Positions 48,301 through 58,157 of a stretch of 64,000 nt of DNA are shown here, one piece after another. The notes beneath the pieces are model-generated. The model had not been told where the DNA came from, did not search any database, and was given only the letters and a program-made list of their open reading frames with translations. The number at the start of each line of letters is the position of its first letter. Positions within the stretch are counted from its first letter, which is position 1. The DNA is taken from NCBI GenBank assembly GCA_963693055.1, contig OY843751.1, positions 4,736,001-4,800,000 of the forward strand, in the 5' to 3' direction. The DNA is from a bacterium. GTDB lineage: Bacteria > Zhuqueibacterota > Zhuqueibacteria > Residuimicrobiales > Krinioviventaceae. A program made the position numbers and the translations under genes.

Positions 48301-49096
48301 TTTATATGCAGTATCGGCATTTGAAGTCCATGTAACAGATGCTGATAATGATCCGTTAACATTCCTGTGGTTTGTAGACAACAATCCGGTCAGCACACAG
48401 CAAGATTCAAACAGATTGATCATTCAGCCAAACGATTCCTGGCCGCAGCAATTCAAAGTTGATGTAAACATAACCGATGGAATTGATACTACTCATCATG
48501 CATGGTCAATCGATATCAGTAGCAGCATTGAACTTGCCGCATTTGAAGCGTATACTGACAAGGATCTGGTTACCATTACCTGGGAGACAGCAAGTGAGCA
48601 TAATACGGCAGGCTTTAACTTGTATCGTGCTCCGGGTAAACTGGGACCCTATACCAAAATCAATTCAGAGTTAATTCTGCCTGTGCCTGGTGGTGAATAC
48701 GAAATCCAGGACAAGCCCGGTGCAGAGACATTAAACTGGTATTACAAACTTGAAGAGATGGAATATTCTGGTCGCACACAATCATTTGACCCAATACAGA
48801 TACAAATTGCTGTTCCTACAGACAATATATTGCACCAGAATTATCCAAATCCGTTCAACCCAACAACAACACTGCAATACGAGTTGAACAAAACGCAGCA
48901 AATTGATATTTATATCTTTAACATACACGGTCAACTGGTCCGCACAATCTATTCAGGCAAACAAAAAGCCGGATATCATCAAATCATGTGGGACAGTAAA
49001 AACGACAACGGTATTTCTGTCACCTCTGGTATCTATTATTGCTGTATGGTAGGTACGGATTACCGAAATACCATTAAATTAGTTCTATTAAAATAA
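42311..49096 (+). CDS. 2261-aa adhesin-like protein: LamG-like N-domain, FG-GAP/VCBS, ASPIC/UnbV, multiple Big_1 (invasin/intimin-like) repeats, cadherin/He_PIG-like, CTD
   Basis: Signal peptide; DxDNDGDxD repeats; repeated SGxxQxG...PxxVxVxDxxGNP...WTLG units; HQNYPNPFNP. Confidence 0.88.
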   Translation: MRSFITGIPIVLIILVLIPNVYAGNPPTHTTLLYSSSLDSDNDPAVGQITNNSGQFITGSGWKATNESSQLMITLPSGLPLEGTFSVQVTNFNPAVQNISDKQQIINLYSQANGSKDILGTHGSWINIRTGTGYSDGAGMAGYKMLAAYDGQRHEDRYMHDATWNVNRTYEFKLVWNETSVWTIVDDVVQGEMEMTGSPTELFRYIFLGTDNVYVAQPGPIYKNMRIYSSQDPSSDVLLFTDITSQAGVGGVDPEGYGHGVNFSDFNLDGYLDIMSSNAGGPTMPEEFYLNQQNNTFSEIASSRNISDEGHTHGIISADWDNDGDLDVFMTNQPVNATNPPPGRNRMYRNDGNGNFTDVSDLVGIEEEYFFSRGAVASDINNDGWLDLYVLNWGDPNVLYLNDGDGTFTRVNRGTDGPAGDENGRQGVTAADVDNDGDIDFYVCRREAENWLFINDGNGNFTNEASARGVNVGDRSHGAAFVDIDNDGDLDLFIMNYALGGTASIPRMSAFYNNGNGYFTDQTDKYNIYVSGYSLIFGDVDNDADQDMYLIRNDEKEEGTTPKLYLNDGNGNLTLRNIAGASPGISGARGAGFGDIDNDGDLDAYIAAVYTDNVLLRNDLSSDNHYIDVLCIGPGGDYGGYGSKVSVYESGHMGDVNYLLGYQEAVTTVAYMCQNQTALHFGLAQNTACDIKVEFTNGQIAEYYSVSADQFFEVTANPPVPTSIARVSNAVLSGPAGQVLADSAKIQVVDESGRGVPNHTVSFQITNGGGTLNGSTRTQVDTTTDNHGYAAIGWKIGTDVNIINTLSVSAQNEGIDLIGSPMNFTANVNPGADTLITKHAGDLQNSVPEIPLPDSIQVRIHDTWGNPHANANVNFTVISGNGNIDGSVSKVVQTNAAGIASVQWTLGEAEGENAHSLKASLASEPLTSVTFLASTSLAPIKTLKYISGNNQTGTVTQDLANPFVVQLLDSLGNPRGGFDILFKVTGGSGNLGGLAEQTVKTDVTGKASVTLTLGQAAGTNLNTVEASYAELDDKIIFTASATSGTASKINKTSGDNQSAGVGQTLTNPLKVRVLDVYNNPVSGHNVIFTVNNNKGLVNNNLSATVQTDASGYATADFSMDNEPGTHSVTVTSTYNSVPLTGSPITFTATATSEPTTLVKVSGDSTTGIVGQPITLPLQVKVTDDNGFPVSNYPVTFVSESGGATFEGNLQIQQTTNEQGIASVYPTLGERVGPYVYIFTAKAFFEGGSHLNSSPLTFRLSAKSTRAEKIELIAGANQNGQAGEYLASAIQVLITDNENNVIANHNVNFTVKQGSGKLGTSKANSLTIKSGANGVAKVNFMLGSEIGDSVHVVEITSDDGIEVLENSPLYAYGSAEYGQPNADSSKLYISDSVVPADGTSELLVSAQLKDSQGLPVPGETAEFMITGDGNTITQSEGPSDENGMVSARITSTVAQSKTVTAKITDKAITINDTKVVEFTAGPADAIEIASGDDQSGTINSVLQQPLIVQVVDAMGNAISNHPVQFAIATGNGSLDPTQVENTNDSGKTQTNWILGPQIGSQTVTATAQGIAQSVTFTATAQMPGTAYITKVKGDEQFASPGTIFSDSLTVKIVDENNKPISGTPVKFSIEQGDASFTSISSINSDSYGLARIQLLAGQLLGTVTINASINETSSVDFLCSVSSSLPDTLIHILGDNTEGTVDATIYPLTAKVLDNNGVAISGVPITFASLTAGGQVIDEQPIRTTSNGQASARVKLGTIAGEYIFTASNASIKGSPVTFTLKALPDNASDIVVKSGNEQTGEALATLADSLTVQVVDEYQNGVAGVQVVFTVGSGQGSIQAESPLITNNNGLASAEWTLGASGTQQVNVTSGVLPGKSAQFTANLKANNLPVIQVVTDTTITENQTLIFTVQANDPEGTAVTLSASNLPAGAEFDSLETWQFSWTPGYNSQGDYTIRFTATDENGGTAIQDVALHVANMNRKPVVQSTIPEQTTLSLNLYAVSAFEVHVTDADNDPLTFLWFVDNNPVSTQQDSNRLIIQPNDSWPQQFKVDVNITDGIDTTHHAWSIDISSSIELAAFEAYTDKDLVTITWETASEHNTAGFNLYRAPGKLGPYTKINSELILPVPGGEYEIQDKPGAETLNWYYKLEEMEYSGRTQSFDPIQIQIAVPTDNILHQNYPNPFNPTTTLQYELNKTQQIDIYIFNIHGQLVRTIYSGKQKAGYHQIMWDSKNDNGISVTSGIYYCCMVGTDYRNTIKLVLLK

Positions 49097-49176
49097 GTCA
49101 CTGTTTTGAAAAAAAAACTAAATTCCTTATATTGCCATGTAAGCGTGGTATAAACAAAATGTTAGCGGGTATGCTC

Positions 49177-52100
49177 ATGTATAAAAAAACATTTAGGTTA
49201 TTCTCAGTTGCTTTGGTCTTTCTTTGTGCATCTATAGCTACAGCACAAGTCCCACCCACCCATACATCTGTTCTCTATCAGGATGATCTGGTCAGCGCGG
49301 GTCAAAAAGATATTGGCTATATTACAAACAGCAACGGTTCATTTCAAGCCGATGGGTGGAAAACTACCGGCCCCAGCAGCAAACTGGTTATAGAATTGAA
49401 TGAATTTTTACCGCATGAAGGTACAATGCAGGTAAAGATCAAGAATCTGAACCCGGCCACTCAGGTGAATAACGATTGGAGTTTAATATCCTTATGGTCC
49501 AGAGCGAATGGAAGCTGGCGCGATATGAACAGTACTCCCGGTTCTTATGTACTATTGAAAACTGAACCGGATGCACAATACATATCTGGCGGTAATGTAG
49601 CTTGGAAGCTGGTAGAAACTCCGTTTTATGGTGGAGATACCGGCAACCCCAATGCCATGAACATCTCTAATACAACCATGCAAACATGGGATGCTACCAT
49701 GGAGCATACATTCAAGATCATCTGGAACCCTCAATACCTTTGGATCATTATTGATGGTGAAATGGTAAAAAGAAAAGCATACAAAGACCAGATTGAAAAC
49801 TTTGAATACATTTTCCTGGGTTCAGACAATGAATACGGTTCTATGGCTGGTCCAACATTTACCGACTTGCAGATCCTGGTACCTTCAAGCAGTTTCAGTT
49901 TTGAAAATGTCACCAAATCTGCTGATCTGGCTTCAGATATGATTTTTGGCGAACAAGGGGTTTCTCTTGTTGATCTGAACAATGACGGGCTGGATGATAT
50001 TTATCTTAATTACTGTAACACTGCAGATGGTATTCCCAATGCTCTTTACTTAAACAGCAATTCACAACTCTTTACCGAAGATGCCAGTTCAGCGGGTTTA
50101 GACAATACTAACTGTTCAAATTCTTCGACTTTTGCAGATTTTGATGGTGATGGCGACCTTGACCTATTTATCGCCAAAGTAAATTCACCAAATAAATTAT
50201 ATATCAATAATGGCAGCGGAATATTCAGTGATCAATCCACATCCAGAGGTATCAGCTCACTGAACTATAGCACCGTAAATGCCATGGCTATTGATATTGA
50301 AAATGATGGCGACCTTGATATTTTTGCAGTAAGCAGCACCCAGAATCATGAATTATATGTAAACCAGGGCAACGGCACATTTGCACTCGAAACCCGCGGC
50401 ACCAACAATCCCACAGGCGCGGTTATGGGCGCGGTTGCCGGTGATGTTAACAACGATGGATTTGTAGACATTTTTATTGCACAGCGTAGTGCAGCGTGTG
50501 GATTACTCATTAATGATGGCACAGGTAATTTCTCTAACGAAGCAGCAAGCAGAAATGCCAACCAATCAATCAAAGCCAATAATCCCACAATGATGGATTA
50601 TGACAATGATGGTGACCTTGACATCTTTCTGGCACCTTCCAGTACATCAACAACCCCTGATCCCAGGGTACTGGTACTTAAAAACAATGGTAACGGTGTA
50701 TTTACCGATATTTCCAACACAGCAAACATCAATATTGAAGCTTATGGCCTGGTATCAGGAGATATTGACAATGATGGTTATGAGGATTTGTATGCTGTAC
50801 GCAGTAACCGTCGCGATGTTGTTGATGACCATTCTTCACGTATCTATATCAACAATGGTGATGATACATTTACCGCACTGACAGGTACAGGCGCAGAAGC
50901 AATCTTTTCAGACGGCCGCGCCGGAATCATGATCGATTACGACAATGATGGTTTATTGGATCTTTATGGTGTTTCCAAAGGAAACCTTTATAATGGTTCA
51001 AGTTACGATACAATTGACTTTGGTCGTAACCAATTATTAAAAAATACAACAGAAACACCCAACAACTGGCTCAAAGTTGTTGTAAATGATATAGCTGGTA
51101 ATCCCGATGGGATGGGTGCCAAAATTTGGGTTTACGAAGCAGGACGCAATTTCAGCAATGACTATCTGATCGGATATCGTGATGTTTATGCGATGCAGGG
51201 ATATACCTCACAGGGTTCAATGACTCAACATTTTGGTGTGGGATCAAACACTCAGGTTGATGTAAAAATACAAATGCCGGGCGAAGAAGCCAAAACTATA
51301 AATAATGTAGTTGTAAACCGCACAGTCGAGTTTAATCCTTCACTAGTGGTACCGCACCATATTAATGTATCCGGTCACGATCAGACAGGTACCGCAGGAA
51401 ACACTCTTGCAAATCCATTACAGGTATATGTCTATGCAGAAGATTCTACTCCCGCACCGGGCATTACCGTACAATTTGATGTAACCGCCGGTGGTGGTAC
51501 ATTAGACGGAAATACAGAAACCCAGATTATCACCACTACAGATGAAAACGGACTTGCACAAGTAACCTGGAAAATGGGAACAACTGCCGGTCAGGAAAAC
51601 ACTGTACGTGTAACTTCAGAATATAACGGTTCAGCGCTTGAAGGTTCTCCTTTTGACGCCAGCATTACACCGGTGGCAGGCGATCCTGCTAAACTGGTAA
51701 AATCATCTGGAGACGTACAAACCGGATATATTTTACAGTTTCTGGACAATCCAATCATTGCTCAGGTAACGGATGCATTTAATAATCCGGTATCAGGACA
51801 TGATGTAATTTTTACAGTATCAACAGGTGGTGGCTCGGTTGATCAATCCGGCACAACCACATTCCAGGCACAGACCGATCAGGATGGTCTAGCACAGGTT
51901 AACTGGCTTTTGGGTGAAACCATTGGCACACAAACTTTGAATGCAACATCCACTTTTGACAGCAATCCATTAACAAACAGTCCACTGTCTTTTAGTGCTA
52001 CCGGTTTAGCCCCGCAGCAAAAGCTGCAATATCAATCGGGTAATTACCAGACCAAATTGATCAACAGTGCTCTTGATCCTTTTACAGTCAAAGTTGTAGA

Positions 52101-55100
52101 TTTTACAGATGCTCCTATTGCAAATGAAGAGATAGAGTTCAAAGTTATTTCAGGTAATGGTACATTTGGCGAAGAATCTTCTGTTAATGTACTTACCAAC
52201 GCACAGGGAATTGCAAGCGCAACAGCAACCCTGGGATCAACAGCAGGTGATACCATCTATGTATTCCATGCCATTTCTCCGGGTGCGTCTGGTTCACCGG
52301 TAATTTTCAAAGCTTCTGCAACTCCTGGCAGTGCGGCTAAACTCGCCGAAGTTACAAATACCAATTACCAATCAGGACCGGTTAACAGAACGCTCGAAAA
52401 TGATATTGCTGTATTGGTTACCGACGCAAGCGACAACCCGGTCCCCGGCTATACTGTAACTTTTACCGTTTCCAAAGGTGGCGGCAAGGTTGATGGAGCA
52501 ACATATGCAAATGTAACATCTGACGAAAACGGAAAAGCATCGGCAGCATTTAAACTGGGAACAGCGGTTGGTGAAAACATTGCCATAGCCAGTGCGGATG
52601 CGTTAGAAGGTTCTCCCATCACATTTTTTGCAGATGGTGAAACTTCTACACCGGCACGTATAGATATTGTCTCCGGTAACAATCAATCAGGGAATCTGGG
52701 TCAGCAACTGGCTCAACCCTTTGTTGTAGTTGTACGGGATTCATTCTTTAATGCAATCAACAATCACACCGTACAATATTCTGTAACTGAAGGTGATGGA
52801 AACATAGAGGGACAGACTGTTGCAAATAAACAAACAAATGAAATTGGCAGAACATCCGCGTATCTGACTCTGGGCACAACTGCCTATACCAATATTGTTC
52901 AGGTATCAGCATTTCAAAATGATAACCCGCTTATCAACAGTCCGGTTACATTTGTAGCATCAACAGGTCCCGGAGATCCCAAATACCTGGTTTACGAAAG
53001 CGGTAACAACCAGATTGGCCGGATTAGCGCACAATTACCAGCACCATTCAAGGTCAAAGTTACGGATGAAAACGGTATACCCGTCAAAGGCCACGAAGTA
53101 CAGTTTATCAGCTATACCACGGGTGCACATTTTTCTGGCAGCAATATGATGACAGCCCAAACAGATGCAGATGGATTTGCCACTGCAACGCCTACATTGG
53201 GAAGCAATTATTCCACATATGAATTTGAAGCGGTTGCAAAGTTTAACAACGTCTCACTTGGCGGCTCTCCATTGGTGTTTGAGGCCTATGGACGCAAAAG
53301 TACCGCGACTCAAATTGAAAATCTGTCTACTGGCTCATTAACTGGTACAGCAGGATTAGTATTGGGTGATTCATTAAAAATTCGCGTCAAAGATGGCAAT
53401 GGTAACCCTGTTGCCAATCATCCGGTAGAATTTCAGGTCACATCAGGCAGCGGCAGCTTTTTGAACGATCATCACAGCAGCGTTTCTATAAATTCAAATT
53501 CAAGTGGTATTGCAAGTGTTGGTGTTACCTTGCGTCAAACTCCGGGAACCGTTACCATAACCGCAATATCAGACAATGGACTTGCTAACGGCGACCTTGA
53601 TGGTTCCCCAATCAATTATACAATTACTGCCGTAACCGGTGCTCCTGATCCGGACAATTGTACTATTCAATCCACAGACAATGTACTTGCAGATGGTCAA
53701 ACGCCATCACAGATAACGGTTACACTCAAAGATGCTTTTGAGAATCCGGTTTCCGGAAAAACAGTTATGCTTGAAAGTGCGGGTATCGAAGTAACTAAAA
53801 ACCAACCTCAAACGGCAACAAATGCAGGCGGACAAACATCAGGATCAATCGTTTCTGAAAATGTAGGTCAGGTTTACGTTTGGGCAGTGGTTGATGATCA
53901 AATCGTAAAAAGAGATACAATTACATTTGTTACAGGCAGTCCCGCAATTATTAGCACTATTGGCTCGGGTCAGTTTGCTGTAGCCGGCAAAACCTTAAAC
54001 AATACAGTAGGTGTATGGGTACAGGATGAATACAATCATCCTATTCCCGGTGTCAGCACAACATTTACTGTTGTTGACGGAGGCGGTTCCGTTACAGAAA
54101 GCCAACCCGTAACCACAAACAGCGAAGGTAAAGCTCTGGTTCATTGGCAATTGGGATCAGCAATCGGATTACAACATCTGAATGCAGCAGTTGATGGCGT
54201 TGTAGAAACATATGAAATCACTGCAATAGCAACTGCACCTACTTTGGCCAATATTACCAAAGTTGCAGGAGATTCGGCAATTGGGCTTGTTAATCAGGAA
54301 TACCACTTTACCGCAGCGGTTATTGATACAAATGACAATCCTATTGTGAATTACAATGTCAGTTTCGAACTGTTGCTGGGAACCGGAGAAGGACAGGGCA
54401 ATTTTACAACCGCAACTACTGTTGCCACAAACAATGAAGGTAAAGCAACCGTTACCTTTGAATCCGGAACGCTAACGGGCCTGCATAAAATCAAGGCCAC
54501 AGCAACCGATTATGGACATGTTGTTTTTGATTTTATAGTTGAAGAACAACGTTCTATTACCATGGAAAAGCTGGAAGGTGACGGCAACACGGTAAGACCA
54601 AACACAGATATTGATCTTTCAGTTAAAATCACAAATGCTTTCAACCAACCCGTTTCGGATGAAAGCATTAAATTCCAGGTTGTTGAAGGTTTAGGAGTAC
54701 TCAAAGACATTCAACCCGTTGCTACAAGTGACAAAGGTATTGCATATTCTACCTGGAGCGTGTCTACATTGGCCGGTACACATAAAGTCAAAGTAACACC
54801 GGTAGATGCAGTGGGTGATTCTGTTAATTTCACTGCAATAGTTGTCAACGCAGCTCCGGTACTGATGGATATGCCGGAAACGGTGAATATCAACTGGGGT
54901 GAGATCTATGAACTCACAATTACAGCTGAAGATCCTGACGAAGACAATGTCCGTTTTGGTATAAGAGGCTTGCCGCTTAACGCTGAATTTGATTCTACCG
55001 GCACCCAAAAATTCACCTGGGAGCCCAGTGCAGCGCAGGAAGGCGAACACGAGGTTATCTTTATTGCCGCTGATCCTTACGGTTTATCAGACAGCACCAA

Positions 55101-55977
55101 AGTCACTTTTAATATTATGGTTGAGAACCGTTGTCCGATTATCAGTAGTTTTGAACCCGCTGATACAACCAGCTTTGATGTGAAACAAGACAGTAACCGG
55201 ATCATCTTTAAAGTTTCAGCAATGGACCCGGATTTTGACGTACTGACTTTTGAATGGAGAGTAAACGATGTTTACAACGGGGCAGATACAACATTGACCG
55301 TTCCATTCAGCAAAGATTTCTTCCCCAGTCCGAACAATACGGTCCAGGTTTTAATATCTGACGGATCTTGTCAAAAATCGATTACCTGGAAAGTGGTACT
55401 AACCGCTATCGAATTAAATACATTTGAGGCAATCTCTCAAAAAGGCGGCATAGAACTGTTCTGGGAAACTTCATCAGAAACACAGAATGCCGGTTTTTAT
55501 GTTATTCGCAGCACCATGGAACACGGTACCTATCAACGTATCAATAACGAGATCATTAGTCCATCATTTAATGGTGAATATAGTTTTGTGGATACAGATG
55601 CTAAAGCAGGTATCACCTATTATTACAAATTACAGGATATTGACATCTATGGTTCTTTGAACGAACACGGACCGGTTACGGCCAAAGCAGCACTTCCGGA
55701 TAAATTTGCACTGTCGCAAAACTATCCAAATCCGTTCAACCCAAGCACCACTATCAGCTTTGAGCTGCCTGAACCGGCTGACGTCAAAATTGTGATATTC
55801 AACACCAATGGTCAATTGGTAAAGACCCTGGTAGATTCTCGTCTTGAACCGGGCTATCATAACATTCTCTGGAATGCTAAAAATGATCAGGGAATCTCGT
55901 TACCATCCGGTATCTATTTTTACAAGATGCAGGCTAAAGATTTCACACTGGCCAAAAAACTTTTATTATTGAAATAA
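49177..55977 (+). CDS. ~2266-aa tandem paralogue with the same architecture
   Basis: Same domain order (PPTHT N-domain, VCBS, ASPIC, Big_1, CTD); start MYKKT or MLMYKK preferred over TTG 49132. Confidence 0.88.
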   Translation: MYKKTFRLFSVALVFLCASIATAQVPPTHTSVLYQDDLVSAGQKDIGYITNSNGSFQADGWKTTGPSSKLVIELNEFLPHEGTMQVKIKNLNPATQVNNDWSLISLWSRANGSWRDMNSTPGSYVLLKTEPDAQYISGGNVAWKLVETPFYGGDTGNPNAMNISNTTMQTWDATMEHTFKIIWNPQYLWIIIDGEMVKRKAYKDQIENFEYIFLGSDNEYGSMAGPTFTDLQILVPSSSFSFENVTKSADLASDMIFGEQGVSLVDLNNDGLDDIYLNYCNTADGIPNALYLNSNSQLFTEDASSAGLDNTNCSNSSTFADFDGDGDLDLFIAKVNSPNKLYINNGSGIFSDQSTSRGISSLNYSTVNAMAIDIENDGDLDIFAVSSTQNHELYVNQGNGTFALETRGTNNPTGAVMGAVAGDVNNDGFVDIFIAQRSAACGLLINDGTGNFSNEAASRNANQSIKANNPTMMDYDNDGDLDIFLAPSSTSTTPDPRVLVLKNNGNGVFTDISNTANINIEAYGLVSGDIDNDGYEDLYAVRSNRRDVVDDHSSRIYINNGDDTFTALTGTGAEAIFSDGRAGIMIDYDNDGLLDLYGVSKGNLYNGSSYDTIDFGRNQLLKNTTETPNNWLKVVVNDIAGNPDGMGAKIWVYEAGRNFSNDYLIGYRDVYAMQGYTSQGSMTQHFGVGSNTQVDVKIQMPGEEAKTINNVVVNRTVEFNPSLVVPHHINVSGHDQTGTAGNTLANPLQVYVYAEDSTPAPGITVQFDVTAGGGTLDGNTETQIITTTDENGLAQVTWKMGTTAGQENTVRVTSEYNGSALEGSPFDASITPVAGDPAKLVKSSGDVQTGYILQFLDNPIIAQVTDAFNNPVSGHDVIFTVSTGGGSVDQSGTTTFQAQTDQDGLAQVNWLLGETIGTQTLNATSTFDSNPLTNSPLSFSATGLAPQQKLQYQSGNYQTKLINSALDPFTVKVVDFTDAPIANEEIEFKVISGNGTFGEESSVNVLTNAQGIASATATLGSTAGDTIYVFHAISPGASGSPVIFKASATPGSAAKLAEVTNTNYQSGPVNRTLENDIAVLVTDASDNPVPGYTVTFTVSKGGGKVDGATYANVTSDENGKASAAFKLGTAVGENIAIASADALEGSPITFFADGETSTPARIDIVSGNNQSGNLGQQLAQPFVVVVRDSFFNAINNHTVQYSVTEGDGNIEGQTVANKQTNEIGRTSAYLTLGTTAYTNIVQVSAFQNDNPLINSPVTFVASTGPGDPKYLVYESGNNQIGRISAQLPAPFKVKVTDENGIPVKGHEVQFISYTTGAHFSGSNMMTAQTDADGFATATPTLGSNYSTYEFEAVAKFNNVSLGGSPLVFEAYGRKSTATQIENLSTGSLTGTAGLVLGDSLKIRVKDGNGNPVANHPVEFQVTSGSGSFLNDHHSSVSINSNSSGIASVGVTLRQTPGTVTITAISDNGLANGDLDGSPINYTITAVTGAPDPDNCTIQSTDNVLADGQTPSQITVTLKDAFENPVSGKTVMLESAGIEVTKNQPQTATNAGGQTSGSIVSENVGQVYVWAVVDDQIVKRDTITFVTGSPAIISTIGSGQFAVAGKTLNNTVGVWVQDEYNHPIPGVSTTFTVVDGGGSVTESQPVTTNSEGKALVHWQLGSAIGLQHLNAAVDGVVETYEITAIATAPTLANITKVAGDSAIGLVNQEYHFTAAVIDTNDNPIVNYNVSFELLLGTGEGQGNFTTATTVATNNEGKATVTFESGTLTGLHKIKATATDYGHVVFDFIVEEQRSITMEKLEGDGNTVRPNTDIDLSVKITNAFNQPVSDESIKFQVVEGLGVLKDIQPVATSDKGIAYSTWSVSTLAGTHKVKVTPVDAVGDSVNFTAIVVNAAPVLMDMPETVNINWGEIYELTITAEDPDEDNVRFGIRGLPLNAEFDSTGTQKFTWEPSAAQEGEHEVIFIAADPYGLSDSTKVTFNIMVENRCPIISSFEPADTTSFDVKQDSNRIIFKVSAMDPDFDVLTFEWRVNDVYNGADTTLTVPFSKDFFPSPNNTVQVLISDGSCQKSITWKVVLTAIELNTFEAISQKGGIELFWETSSETQNAGFYVIRSTMEHGTYQRINNEIISPSFNGEYSFVDTDAKAGITYYYKLQDIDIYGSLNEHGPVTAKAALPDKFALSQNYPNPFNPSTTISFELPEPADVKIVIFNTNGQLVKTLVDSRLEPGYHNILWNAKNDQGISLPSGIYFYKMQAKDFTLAKKLLLLK

Positions 55978-55987
55978 ATATCGTACC

Positions 55988-56022
55988 TTTAACCCGGCAA
56001 TTTTTACGATTGCCGGGTTAAA
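55988..56022. terminator. Terminator-like hairpin
   Basis: TTTAACCCGGCAAT-ttttacg-ATTGCCGGGTTAAA. Confidence 0.7.
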
Positions 56023-56050
56023 TAATCCTCCAAACAAATAAAGACAGCGT

Positions 56051-56917
56051 ATGAAATATATCATTCTGGCAATGCGCCCAAAACAATGGATAAAGAATAT
56101 TCTTGTCTTTGCAGGCGTCATCTTTGCTGAAGATCTTTTCAACCTTCAATTAATTCAGGATTCCATTTTTGCATTTATCATATTTTGTATGATCTCCAGC
56201 AGTACATACTTGATAAATGACATTGTAGACAGGAAAAAAGATGCAATGCACCCCAAGAAAAAGAACCGTCCCATTGCATCGGGTAAAGTTTCTGTTCAGC
56301 TTGCGCTTATCCTGGCAATTGTTCTCATCATAACCAGCCAATTTTTTGCATATCGTTTGCAATTGTCTTTTGGCATTATTATCTCGCTCTATTTCGTTAC
56401 CACACTGCTCTACTCGATGGTTCTCAAGCGCATCATTATACTGGATGTAATGATTATTGCTTCTGGTTTTATTTTCAGAGCGGTTGGCGGTACCTTTGCA
56501 ATCAATGAGCATGTATCATCCTGGTTAATTATTTGTACCATGTTTTTGGCTCTATTCTTTGCACTCAATAAAAGACGGGCAGAGCTGATCTCTCTGGGTG
56601 ATAATGCGGGTTCTGTTCGCAAAACATTGTCCGGTTATAGCTTGACATTTCTCGACCAGATGATAAACGTGGTCACCGCTACCTGTCTGGTCACCTATGC
56701 ATTGTACACATTGGATGCAGAAACGGTTGAAAAATTTGGTTCACGCAATCTTGTATTCACATTACCGTTTGTTATATATGGTCTATTTCGATATCTGTAC
56801 CTGGCCTATCATTTAAACCTGGGTGAAACCCCGGAAACCACCCTGGTACGAGATAAACCCATATTGATTTGTATGGCAATGTATGCCATTTCAATTATAG
56901 TTATTATTTATTTATAA
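56051..56917 (+). CDS. UbiA-family polyprenyl-phosphate phosphoribosyltransferase (DPPR synthase-like)
   Basis: MRPKQWIKN, YLINDIVDRKKDAMHPKKKNRPIASG, KRRAEL and YGLFRY motifs. Confidence 0.88.
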   Translation: MKYIILAMRPKQWIKNILVFAGVIFAEDLFNLQLIQDSIFAFIIFCMISSSTYLINDIVDRKKDAMHPKKKNRPIASGKVSVQLALILAIVLIITSQFFAYRLQLSFGIIISLYFVTTLLYSMVLKRIIILDVMIIASGFIFRAVGGTFAINEHVSSWLIICTMFLALFFALNKRRAELISLGDNAGSVRKTLSGYSLTFLDQMINVVTATCLVTYALYTLDAETVEKFGSRNLVFTLPFVIYGLFRYLYLAYHLNLGETPETTLVRDKPILICMAMYAISIIVIIYL

Positions 56918-56941
56918 GCATTATAATATTAAGGGAGTAAT

Positions 56942-57979
56942 ATGAAAGTATTAGTAACAGGTGGAAGCGGATTTTTAGGCATCAATATGATTCGTTATCT
57001 GATGTCTAAAGGGATCACCGATATTGTATCTCTGGATATTGTAGATTTTGATTATCCTGAAAAAGATAAAATCACAGAGATTAAAGGTGATATTCGAGAT
57101 GAAGAAGCTGTAAAAAAAGCAATGCAGGGAGTTAGCTGGGTTATTCATACTGCAGCAGCTTTACCACTCTATACTGAACAAGAGATCATGACCATTGATG
57201 TGGATGGCACTCGTATGCTGCTTAAACATGCTCAGGAAAATAATGTTGAACGTTTTGTTCACACTTCTTCAACTGCGGTTTACGGTATACCTGACCATCA
57301 TCCCCTTTACGAAGACGATAAACTGGATGGTGTAGGCCCTTATGGTATTGCAAAGATTGAAGCTGAAAAAGTTTGCCTGGAGTACCGTAAAAAAGGCATG
57401 TGCGTTCCCATTATTCGTCCCAAATCATTTATAGGACCAGAAAGATTGGGCGTTTTTGCAATCTTTTATGAATGGGCAAGAGATGGCAAAAATTTCCCAA
57501 TGATTGGAAATGGCAAAAACCGTTATCAGCTATTGGATGTTGAAGATCTTTGCACGTCTATCTATTTATGCCTCACACTTGATAAAGAAACCGTTAACGA
57601 TACATTCAATATAGGCGCCAAAGAATTCACCACCATGAAAGAAGACTATCAGGCAGTTTTAGACAAGGCCGGATTTGGTAAAAAAATCATTCCGTTTCCG
57701 GATGGCCCTGTCATCTTTATGCTGAGATTGCTTGAAGCATTAAAACTGTCACCTCTTTACAAATGGATCTATGAAACCGCATCCAAAGATTCGTTTGTTT
57801 CTGTAGAAAAAGCAGAAAAAACGCTGGGTTTTGTATCACAATTTTCCAACAAAGACGCCCTGCTCCGCAACTACCAATGGTATCTGGAAAAATACGATCC
57901 GAACCTGAAAATTACCGGTGTTTCTCACAGAGTACCATGGAAACAGGGAATTCTAAAGGTGGCAAAAGCATTTTTCTAA
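56942..57979 (+). CDS. NAD-dependent epimerase/dehydratase (extended SDR)
   Basis: TGGSGFLG, SSTAVYG and YGIAK motifs. Confidence 0.9.
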   Translation: MKVLVTGGSGFLGINMIRYLMSKGITDIVSLDIVDFDYPEKDKITEIKGDIRDEEAVKKAMQGVSWVIHTAAALPLYTEQEIMTIDVDGTRMLLKHAQENNVERFVHTSSTAVYGIPDHHPLYEDDKLDGVGPYGIAKIEAEKVCLEYRKKGMCVPIIRPKSFIGPERLGVFAIFYEWARDGKNFPMIGNGKNRYQLLDVEDLCTSIYLCLTLDKETVNDTFNIGAKEFTTMKEDYQAVLDKAGFGKKIIPFPDGPVIFMLRLLEALKLSPLYKWIYETASKDSFVSVEKAEKTLGFVSQFSNKDALLRNYQWYLEKYDPNLKITGVSHRVPWKQGILKVAKAFF

Positions 57980-58001
57980 AACTAGTTTTATTTCAATTTA
58001 C

Positions 58002-58040
58002 TGCCCCAATACATATATGGAACTGTATTGGGGTATTTTT
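58002..58040 (+). terminator. Intrinsic terminator
   Basis: TGCCCCAATACA...TGTATTGGGGTA-TTTTT. Confidence 0.65.
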
Positions 58041-58093
58041 GTTAAATACAGAGTTAAAAGCTGAATTTAAACAAAATTAACAGGATTATTATC

Positions 58094-58123
58094 TTGCCTG
58101 ATCGATGTTTATTTTGTAAGTTG
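58094..58123 (+). promoter_or_regulatory. Putative housekeeping promoter
   Basis: TTGCCT-N17-TAAGTT(G). Confidence 0.5.
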
Positions 58124-58157
58124 CTGTATTATTTTTGTCAACGGAGTTATTAACATT

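Noticed and set aside
44460-54850. Repeats in the giant genes as DNA repeat arrays or DGR template/variable pairs
   Set aside because: Similarity is at the protein-domain level with divergent DNA, and no reverse transcriptase is present.
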